A stretch of DNA of 64,000 nucleotides from Clostridia bacterium (lineage in GTDB: Bacteria; Bacillota; Clostridia; Oscillospirales; CAG-272), in contig JAFUKI010000077.1 of NCBI GenBank assembly GCA_017467815.1, forward strand, positions 4,797-68,796, read 5' to 3'. The notes below the pieces were generated by a model. The model saw only the letters and a list, made by a program, of their open reading frames with translations. It was not told the origin of the DNA and did not search any database. This document shows, in pieces, positions 56,823 to 64,000 of this stretch (its first letter is position 1; the number at the start of each line of letters is the position of its first letter). A program made the translations under genes and the position numbers.

Positions 56823-57854
56823 ATGGTAGTATGTTTTGGGGAACTGCTGCTGCGGTTGTCGCCGGCGGGGAGAGAACGGCTGGTGCAGGCAGATACATTT
56901 GAAGTAAGATACGGCGGTGCAGAGGCGAATGTGGCTGCGGCTGTGGTGATGTTCGGCGGAAAGAGCCGGTATGTTACCAAGGTGCCGGACTCCGTGATCG
57001 GGGAAGCGGCTGTACAGAGCGTCAGACGGTACGGCGTGGATACGGACGGGGTCGTGCGCGGCGGAGAACGGCTGGGGGCATATTACCTGGAAAAAGGCGC
57101 TTCCTACCGTCCCTCCAAAGTCCAGTATGACCGGAAACATTCTGCCATCGCAGAAGCCGGACGGGAAGATTTCGATTGGCAAAAGCTCCTCGACAGCGCC
57201 GATTCCTTCTTCTTTACCGGCATCACTCCGGCTGTGTCCGACCCGGAAATTCTCATGGATGCGCTGAAACTCTGCAAAGAACGGAATATCCGCGTGTACT
57301 GTGACCTGAATTACCGTGCGGCACTCTGGTCTGCGGAAGACGCCGGACGGATCCTCGGAAAGATGATGCCCTACGTGAATGTGTGCGTCGCCAATGAGGA
57401 ACACGTCCGCCTGCTGTTCGGCATCACACCGGACGAAGATCTCACCGATGAAGAAGACCGTCTCGGGGATATCGGTAGGAAAATGACGGAAACCTTCGGA
57501 TTTGCCAAAGTGGTTCTGACTCTGCGGGAGAGCATTTCTTCCGACGATAACGAAGTTGCGGCTGTCCTGTACGAAAACGGCGCGCTGTATAAATCCTCCC
57601 GGTATAAAGTACATATCGTTGACCGGGTAGGCGGCGGAGATGCTTTGTCTGCTGCCCTGATTTACAGCGAATCCCCGGATGTGAAGGACAAAGTGATCGA
57701 CCCGGCGGACAGAGAAGTGCAGATCGACTTCGCCTGTGCTGCCAATGCACTGAAACACTCCATCGAAGGGGATATCTGTATCGCAGATGCCGGAGAAGTA
57801 AAGAAAACCATGGAAATCGCAAGAAGCGGCGGACGCGTACGGCTGGTCCGCTGA
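56823..57854 (+). CDS. kdgK: 2-dehydro-3-deoxygluconokinase (PfkB-family sugar kinase)
   Basis: ATG at 56823 follows CAGGAG. MVVCFGELLLRLSP..RYGGAEANVA and a C-terminal DRVGGGDA motif. Confidence 0.85.
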   Translation: MVVCFGELLLRLSPAGRERLVQADTFEVRYGGAEANVAAAVVMFGGKSRYVTKVPDSVIGEAAVQSVRRYGVDTDGVVRGGERLGAYYLEKGASYRPSKVQYDRKHSAIAEAGREDFDWQKLLDSADSFFFTGITPAVSDPEILMDALKLCKERNIRVYCDLNYRAALWSAEDAGRILGKMMPYVNVCVANEEHVRLLFGITPDEDLTDEEDRLGDIGRKMTETFGFAKVVLTLRESISSDDNEVAAVLYENGALYKSSRYKVHIVDRVGGGDALSAALIYSESPDVKDKVIDPADREVQIDFACAANALKHSIEGDICIADAGEVKKTMEIARSGGRVRLVR

Positions 57855-57881
57855 ATACACCGAATAAGAAAGGATTTCAAG

Positions 57882-60815
57882 ATGGATATTATCAAGACGA
57901 TCAAAGATAATGCCTACGCCTATGCCAGTATGCCTTTTTGGAGCTGGAACGATAAGCTGGAGGAAGAAGAACTGCGCCGCCAGATCCGGGATATGAAACG
58001 GCTGGGCATGAGCGGATTCTTCATGCACGCAAGATGCGGTCTGGAAACGGAATATATGTCCGACGAATGGTTCGATTGTATCAAAATCTGTATCGACGAA
58101 GCAAAAAAGCAGGGGATGGAAGCATGGGCATATGATGAAAACGGCTGGCCCAGCGGATTTGCCGGCGGAAAACTGCTGCAGGATAAGAGGAAACAGGCGG
58201 TAGGTCTCCACTGCGAAGTTGTGAACGCATTCCCGGCAGAGGAAGATACCCTTGCCGTATACACCAGAAATCCCGACGGAACCTTCAACCGGGTGACAGA
58301 GGACTGCGGCGCGGCAGAATATTACCACATCTACCGCCGGTATTCCAACAGCTACGTGGACACACTGGATGGGAATATCACCAGGGAGTTTCTGGAATTG
58401 ACCCACGAAGAATACAAAAAGCGCATCCCGGCAGAGGATTTCGGCAAGGCCATGCCCGGATTCTTCACCGACGAACCCAACTACTGGCGCGAGGGAAAAA
58501 CGTATTCCAATACCATGCCGGAAATTTTTAAGAAAACTTACGGCTATGATATGTTCCCCCACCTGCCGGCACTGTTCTACGAATACGAAGGTGCGGAGAA
58601 GTTCCTGTTCGATTACAACAAACTGGCACACGATCTGTTTATCGCCAACTGGATCAAACCGGTCTATGAGTGGTGCGAAAACAACGGCGTACAGCTGACC
58701 GGACACGGCTGGGAAGAAGCCAACCTGCGAGAACAGATGATGAGTGTCGGCGGTATCATGGAATTCTACGAATACGAACATATTCCGGGAATGGATTACC
58801 TGTGCCGCAGACTGACCAACGATATCGGTCCGAAGCAGATTGGCTCCGCGTGCGCACAGCTGGGCAAAAAGATGGTACTGTCGGAAATGTTTGCCTGCTG
58901 CGGCTGGGACGTATCCCCCAGAGAACTGAAGCGTATTGCGGACATCCAGTATGTGGGCGGTGTAAACCGTACCTGCCAGCATCTGTACCCCTACAGTGAA
59001 CGCGGTCAGCGGAAACGTGACTATCCCCTTCATTACTCCGAACACAGTCCGTGGCAGGACAGCATGGTGGATTTCAATACCCACTACGATCATTTGGGCG
59101 CGGCACTGGCGCAGGGGGAAGAATATGTCTCCGTACTGGTGATCCACCCCATCCACGGCGCATATATGAAGTACCGCAGAGAACTTGATGATATTCTGGA
59201 GATCGACGGTCAGATGGACAAATTGTCCGACCTGCTGGGTGAACACCAGATCCCCTACCATTACGGGGACGAAAACCTGATGAAGCGCTACGCTTCCGTA
59301 GAAGGAAACCGCATCCGTGTGGGAAAATGCGTGTACGATTATGTGGTGATTCCCTTCACCTATTCTCTGGACAGCGAAACCTGCGCGATGCTGCGGGAAT
59401 ATATGGCAGCCGGCGGTAAGGTATGGCTGTTTGCCGATACACCGGCGCATATTGACGGGGCAAAAGCGGATATGAGCTGGCTGAAGGCAAATATTTCCTT
59501 TGAGGAACTGCTGGAATCCAGAGATATACCCATTGCCGGTGCGGACGGAAAGAACGTGCCTGCCCTGCGGAAGATGACCCGTGTGCTGGAAGACGGCAGC
59601 AAGCTGATGCTTGTGACCAATCTGACCGCGGATGAACAGGACGGCGTTGCCATTTTCTTCCCCGGTGCCGGAACGGTTGCCGAAATTGATATTGATACAC
59701 TGGAAGTCCGTCCGGTATACGGCGAAAAGACAGCGGAAGGCATAACCGTGTATGCGAATTTTGACGACACACAAAGCCATATGTACAGTATAGACGGTGA
59801 AGCGGCGGAGATCCTGCCCGGCAAACCCACCCGTCCGGCGGCATACATTCCCATTCCTGCCAGAGCCGTATTTGCCGAAAAACCGGAGAATATGATGACG
59901 CTGGATATGGTATCCCTTGCCAAAGGTGACGGGGAATACGACGAGCCCCTGTCCCTGTACGGCGTAAAGGACGGTCTGCTGCGGGAGCAGTACGAAGGGG
60001 ATATCCGGCTGAAATATACCTTTACGGCGGCGGAAGGATTCGATCCGGAGAAGCTGGATCTGGTACTGGAACCCATGGGACAGAAGTCCGTGACCATCAA
60101 CGGGACAGAAGTGCAGGCTCTGCCCGGTGCCTGTTGGTTTGACCGCAGCTTCCTTGTATATCCCATTGGGGAATATGTGAAGGCTGGGGAGAATGAAGTG
60201 GTGGTCACCATGCACTACTACCAGAGACCGTATGTGTACTATGTTCTGTATAATGCAGACGGCGGGGCACTGCGGAACAGCCTGACCTTTGATACGGAAA
60301 TTGAATGTGCCTATCTGGTGGGCGACTTCTCCGTGATCACGGATGCACCCTTTACACCGGATATCCGGAACAGTCTGGTCTACAACGGTACCTTCGTTCT
60401 GGACAGCCAGAAGCCGGATGTACGCACGGACGATGTGGTACAGGACGGATATACCTTCTTCGGCGGCAAACTGAAGCTGGATATTCCCTATACATGGACG
60501 CCCGGCGCACCCACCGTACTGAACCTGAACGGACGCTTTGCAACCTGTCAGATATTCGTAAACGGTACATACGCAGGAGAAATGATGTTCTCACGCACCA
60601 TGGATCTGTCCGCGTACCTGAAAGAAGGGGAAAACACCATCCGCTTCGTTATGTGCAACGCATGGCGCAACCTGATGGGTCCCCACCACAACCTCGACCC
60701 CGAATGCACTGTACTTGGCCCCTATGAATTCACCTCCGAAAATAACTGGAACGGTCGCGAATGCCCCGACTTCCTTGACCGCTACTCCTTTGTGCGGTAT
60801 GGATTGGTTATGTGA
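57882..60815 (+). CDS. Large glycoside hydrolase-like protein (family not assigned)
   Basis: 977 aa with no signal peptide. The N-terminal PFWSWNDKL..GFFMHARCGL..WAYDENGWPSGF region is typical of a TIM-barrel glycosidase group with jelly-roll C-terminal domains (from memory). Confidence 0.6.
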   Translation: MDIIKTIKDNAYAYASMPFWSWNDKLEEEELRRQIRDMKRLGMSGFFMHARCGLETEYMSDEWFDCIKICIDEAKKQGMEAWAYDENGWPSGFAGGKLLQDKRKQAVGLHCEVVNAFPAEEDTLAVYTRNPDGTFNRVTEDCGAAEYYHIYRRYSNSYVDTLDGNITREFLELTHEEYKKRIPAEDFGKAMPGFFTDEPNYWREGKTYSNTMPEIFKKTYGYDMFPHLPALFYEYEGAEKFLFDYNKLAHDLFIANWIKPVYEWCENNGVQLTGHGWEEANLREQMMSVGGIMEFYEYEHIPGMDYLCRRLTNDIGPKQIGSACAQLGKKMVLSEMFACCGWDVSPRELKRIADIQYVGGVNRTCQHLYPYSERGQRKRDYPLHYSEHSPWQDSMVDFNTHYDHLGAALAQGEEYVSVLVIHPIHGAYMKYRRELDDILEIDGQMDKLSDLLGEHQIPYHYGDENLMKRYASVEGNRIRVGKCVYDYVVIPFTYSLDSETCAMLREYMAAGGKVWLFADTPAHIDGAKADMSWLKANISFEELLESRDIPIAGADGKNVPALRKMTRVLEDGSKLMLVTNLTADEQDGVAIFFPGAGTVAEIDIDTLEVRPVYGEKTAEGITVYANFDDTQSHMYSIDGEAAEILPGKPTRPAAYIPIPARAVFAEKPENMMTLDMVSLAKGDGEYDEPLSLYGVKDGLLREQYEGDIRLKYTFTAAEGFDPEKLDLVLEPMGQKSVTINGTEVQALPGACWFDRSFLVYPIGEYVKAGENEVVVTMHYYQRPYVYYVLYNADGGALRNSLTFDTEIECAYLVGDFSVITDAPFTPDIRNSLVYNGTFVLDSQKPDVRTDDVVQDGYTFFGGKLKLDIPYTWTPGAPTVLNLNGRFATCQIFVNGTYAGEMMFSRTMDLSAYLKEGENTIRFVMCNAWRNLMGPHHNLDPECTVLGPYEFTSENNWNGRECPDFLDRYSFVRYGLVM

Positions 60816-60828
60816 TTTGGATTGTTTT

Positions 60829-60893
60829 GCGGGGGAGAACTTTTTTGGAAAAAAGTTCTCCCCCGCACCCCCTTTCAAAAAACTTTGAAAAAA
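60829..60893 (+). repeat. Dispersed hairpin repeat, copy 7
   Basis: GCGGGGGAGAACTTTTTTGGAAAAAAGTTCTCCCCCGC plus a TTTCAAAAAACTTTGAAAAAA tail. It starts 14 nt after the stop. Confidence 0.9.
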
Positions 60894-60950
60894 TTGGGAA
60901 GGGATTTTTGGGCAGAGTGTTTTTGATGTGATAGGATATGTGCAATAGAA

Positions 60951-60993
60951 AAAGGAACTGTCTTTCCGGAATGATGCCGGGGACAGTTCCTTT
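60951..60993. terminator. Bidirectional Rho-independent terminator
   Basis: AAAGGAACTGTC pairs with GACAGTTCCTTT (12 bp), with T-runs on both strands, between convergent genes. Confidence 0.8.
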
Positions 60994-61013
60994 TGGGTGT
61001 TGCCGATCTATAC

Positions 61014-61181
61014 TTAATCCTCGTCGGGATCCTTTTCAAAATCTTCTTTGCTCATGCCGCAGTCCGGGCAGGTAAAGTCATCGGGGAGATCTTCAAAAAG
61101 TGTACCCGGATCAATACCATTGTCGGGATCGCCGGCTTTTTCATCGTAAACCCATCCGCAGATCATGCAAACATACTTCAT
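61014..61181 (-). CDS. Rubredoxin
   Basis: [19 protein letters not shown] with two CxxC pairs (55 aa). The track start at 61232 lies upstream. Confidence 0.92.
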   Translation of the reverse strand: MKYVCMICGWVYDEKAGDPDNGIDPGTLFEDLPDDFTCPDCGMSKEDFEKDPDED

Positions 61182-61414
61182 AGTGATAAGTCCTTTCTTG
61201 ATTTGAATTGTTATGCTGTTTTTTTCACACACCTTTGTGTGTTCAATAGTATATCAAAAGCATCGCGGAAATGCAAGAAGAATAATACCGAATTTTACAG
61301 CAGGTTATTGTACGTATTGCACAATTTTAATAAGACGAATGTCGTATGAGGAGGGGATTATGCGCGCTTTGTTGTTTTTGTGAGTGAAATCACCCATTGT
61401 TCCGGGAACAAGAT

Positions 61415-61480
61415 CCCCTTCTTTCAAAGTTTTTGAAAAGGGGTGTGGGGAGAAACTTTTTTCAAAAAGTTTCTCCCCAC
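61415..61480 (-). repeat. Dispersed hairpin repeat, copy 8 (inverted)
   Basis: TTTCAAAGTTTTTGAAAAG module plus GTGGGGAGAAACTTTTTTCAAAAAGTTTCTCCCCAC. It starts 22 nt after the flippase stop, in gene sense. Confidence 0.9.
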
Positions 61481-61501
61481 AATATTGTTATATAAACCAA
61501 C

Positions 61502-62908
61502 TCACCCCCGCCGAAGTACCTTTTTGGCTGCGCGGATGAGGTTTTCGATGTTGAGGATTGTGATGATGGCTGTCAGTGCTGCAGAGATGGGGAGCCAGTA
61601 GGGGATTTCGAGGATCATGACGATGCAGAGGGCGGTTACCAGAACGGCACTGAGGATGAAGCGGGGGATGTCCCAGCGGATGGCTACGGAAGTACGGCTG
61701 TGGAAGAAGCGGATGGTGAACATGATGACATAGCTGAGACAGGTGGAGACAGCGGCACCCATGGAACCCATGACGGGGATCAGCAGGATGTTGCCGATGA
61801 TGTTGCATACCGCACCGATGAGGATGGTCACAAAGGTTGCCATGCTCCGTTTGTCCACCAGATAGGCGGATGTCAGGAAGTTGGCGAGACAGCAGAACGT
61901 GGTCGCCAGTACCAGCATGGGTACAAACTGCCACGCTTCGTAATATTCGGGCGCTGCCAGCAGCTTGGTGGAAATTTTCGCCGTGACGATCAGCCATGCT
62001 GCGCCGCCGAATGCCACCGCCTGATATACTCTGGCTACATTGGAGAATAACCCCTCCCGTTCCTCTTTCGGCTGGTCCGCAAAGGCGGAAAGCTGCCAGG
62101 CATAAGTGAATATGTTGGACACAATAATCAGAATCGTGGGAATCTTGTTGGCAATGGAGTAGATCCCGTTGGCGGATTCCCCTAAAATGGACGTAATGAT
62201 GAACCGGTCGGAGATATTGATGATCCAGCTGCAGATCGTCGTGGGAATCAGGGGCAGACTGTACCGCAGCATGGCAAGATCCGCCTTTTTCTCAAGACTT
62301 CCCCCCAGGATGGACCGCAGATCAAAAGACCGCCACTGCTTGTCCTTCAGGATGCAGAACAGCGCACAGGTGCAGTCCGCGAGAATGCTGGACAATACGT
62401 ATCCGGCAACACCCATGTCCCATACGGCAAGAAACAGAATGTTCAGTCCGATGGCAACCGCCGTACACAGAATCCCGTCCTCCGCATACAAGCGCACATT
62501 TCCGCCGGAGCGTGCAAACTGACTGCAGGCGGCATGGAAGTTGGAGGCGATCACGTAGAAACATACCAGCAGCGTGTAACCGCCCGTATACGGGATCAGA
62601 TCCAGAAGGGGATACGCCAGCAGCAGGACTGCCGACCCGATGGCGGTGACCGTGATCCCGAAAGTGTAAACCGTCTTCCGGTCCGTTGTATCATCCATCC
62701 CGAACCGGATCACCGCATTGGCGATCCCGGCGGATGCAATGGGGATCAGCAGATTGGACAGCTGTACCACATTGTCCATGATGCCGTACTCCCGTGTGTT
62801 GAGCATGGCTGTGTAAAACGGTGTCAGAAAAAATACCAGCAGCTTGGAGCCGAAGGTACTCAGCGCGATCAGCAGTGTATTGGATAAAAGTTTTTTATAG
62901 ACATTCAT
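61502..62908 (-). CDS. Oligosaccharide/polysaccharide flippase (Wzx/MurJ-like MOP superfamily)
   Basis: 468 aa with ~12-14 TM segments and a family-typical N-terminus (LLSNTLLIALSTFGSKLLVFFLTPFYT). Confidence 0.8.
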   Translation of the reverse strand: MNVYKKLLSNTLLIALSTFGSKLLVFFLTPFYTAMLNTREYGIMDNVVQLSNLLIPIASAGIANAVIRFGMDDTTDRKTVYTFGITVTAIGSAVLLLAYPLLDLIPYTGGYTLLVCFYVIASNFHAACSQFARSGGNVRLYAEDGILCTAVAIGLNILFLAVWDMGVAGYVLSSILADCTCALFCILKDKQWRSFDLRSILGGSLEKKADLAMLRYSLPLIPTTICSWIINISDRFIITSILGESANGIYSIANKIPTILIIVSNIFTYAWQLSAFADQPKEEREGLFSNVARVYQAVAFGGAAWLIVTAKISTKLLAAPEYYEAWQFVPMLVLATTFCCLANFLTSAYLVDKRSMATFVTILIGAVCNIIGNILLIPVMGSMGAAVSTCLSYVIMFTIRFFHSRTSVAIRWDIPRFILSAVLVTALCIVMILEIPYWLPISAALTAIITILNIENLIRAAKKVLRRG

Positions 62909-63239
62909 AAGAAAGCATCCTCACAGTGTTTTGCCGGAAGATCCGGCTTCCTATAGTATACCACAGTTTTCTCGGACAGGAAAGGGTATTGTATGAATTT
63001 TTGTGAAAGAAAATATTATCCGCCCCTTTTGATCGGGATGTGGAAAATTATGGAAGGGAAGGGACGCGCGGCGAAAAAAGAATATAAATTTATTGTAAAT
63101 AATCCATTTTCTCTTTACCAAACGGAAAATCTATGGTATAATATATATATTATACGCAAAAATGCGGTTTTGTTGTTATTTTGTCAGTACGGAACCGGAA
63201 AGGAACGCGCACGGCAGGAAAGGGTTGGCGGGAAAGCGG

Positions 63240-64000
63240 ATGTTTGATAAATATTACCTGAAACTGACCCTGATTACTTTTCTGACAGTGCTTCTGACGG
63301 TGGGGATCATCATCTACATCGCCTACCATATTGCCGGCAGCTTCGGCGCTTCTCTGGAACTGTCCGACGCAGTGTACGAATCCGTCACCAGAGTGCTGAA
63401 CGCCGACGGGTATGTCATGCGCCACGAAACGGTGCTGTATGCCTCCCACGCCCAGACGGGCAGCGTTACGCCGGCGGTGCAGGACGGTACCAGACTGGGT
63501 ATCTACGACAAGGCAGCCGATATCTACGATAACACCATGCCCGATGTACAGGCGCGTATAAGAGAAATTGATGAACAGATTGCTTTGCTGGAAGACAGCC
63601 AGTCCGAAAAGGTTTCCGTGGTGAATACTTCGGGTCTGGAGTCCGCGATCTTCAATAACGTACAGGATATCCGCCTGATGGTGGAAAACCGCAGTTACGG
63701 AGACGCCACCACCATGCGAAGCACCCTCCTTGTCAATATCCTGAAACGGGATATTCTCAAGGGAACCATGACCGATCACAATGACCAGCTGACGGCACTG
63801 AAGGAAGAAAAGCGGATGCTGACAAACCAGCTCGGCGCCTGCCTGGAAACGGTGTATGCCCCGGTCAGCGGCTATTTTTACGCCGATACGGACGGCTATG
63901 AGTCCCTGTTCAGCGCGGACGGGATCGACACCATGTCCTACGAGAGCTTTATGGAGCTGACCCGGAACGATCCGGGCGAAAGTATGCGCAGTACGGTCAG
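63240..64000 (+). CDS. Membrane-anchored coiled-coil protein, HlyD/membrane-fusion-like (5' partial, runs off the window)
   Basis: Not in the track. ATG at 63240 opens a frame with no stop through 64000 (MFDKYYLKLTLITFLTVLLTVGIII.. TM, then coiled coil, ..VYAPVSGYFY..). The 63150-63779 minus ORF is its antisense shadow. Confidence 0.6.
   Translation, partial: MFDKYYLKLTLITFLTVLLTVGIIIYIAYHIAGSFGASLELSDAVYESVTRVLNADGYVMRHETVLYASHAQTGSVTPAVQDGTRLGIYDKAADIYDNTMPDVQARIREIDEQIALLEDSQSEKVSVVNTSGLESAIFNNVQDIRLMVENRSYGDATTMRSTLLVNILKRDILKGTMTDHNDQLTALKEEKRMLTNQLGACLETVYAPVSGYFYADTDGYESLFSADGIDTMSYESFMELTRNDPGESMRSTV

Noticed and set aside
56754-60215. 1153-aa minus-strand ORF, the longest in the track
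   Set aside because: It is the codon-aligned antisense frame of kdgK (56823-57854) and the 977-aa hydrolase (57882-60815). Both are in the same phase (start coordinates divisible by 3). An antisense stop in this frame requires a sense TTA, CTA or TCA codon, which these genes avoid. The translation is low-complexity (runs of G/V/F/H/R), has no SD and no recognisable domain, whereas the + strand products are clearly real.
2357-61480. The palindromic repeats as a CRISPR array
   Set aside because: Copies are kilobases apart, occur in both orientations and have variable arm sequences. There are no regularly spaced spacers and no cas genes.

Overview
Chromosomal segment that looks like a Gram-positive, Clostridia-like Firmicute. 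This is inferred from gene order, Shine-Dalgarno usage and GAAC-N4-GTTC LexA boxes, with no database search. Layout: (i) 1-3.7 kb holds a collapsed YitT-like pseudogene, an ABC-F ATPase and azlCD. (ii) 3.8-21.2 kb holds the complete S10-spc-alpha ribosomal-protein superoperon (rpsJ to rplQ, including secY, adk, map, a KOW protein, infA, rpmJ and rpoA). It starts from a near-consensus promoter with a ~310-nt leader and is interrupted by seven unusually long non-coding spacers. (iii) 21.5-43.2 kb holds a GNAT, two large lipoproteins of unknown function, an eight-gene minus-strand aromatic amino-acid operon (pheA-aroB-aroC-aroE/K-aroQ-aroA-tyrA-aroF) with a consensus promoter plus a leader terminator, an amino-acid ABC transporter, a PHP phosphatase/EamA/DUF1934 operon, a collapsed PHP paralog, three unknown proteins and a TIGR01212 radical SAM gene. 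(iv) 43.3-56.7 kb is the most interesting region. It is a 13-kb phage head-tail gene cluster containing structural and packaging genes only, with no integrase, repressor, replication or lysis genes. It is headed by an ArpU/RinA-like activator whose promoter is bracketed by two LexA boxes, so it is a candidate SOS-wired GTA-like or PBSX-like particle system. (v) 56.8-64 kb holds kdgK, a 977-aa glycoside hydrolase, rubredoxin, a Wzx/MurJ-type flippase and a partial HlyD-like gene. Eight copies of a hairpin repeat family with covarying arms are scattered across the window, mostly just after stop codons. A second ~95-nt structured element occurs twice. Many very long ORFs in the track are antisense shadows of real genes.
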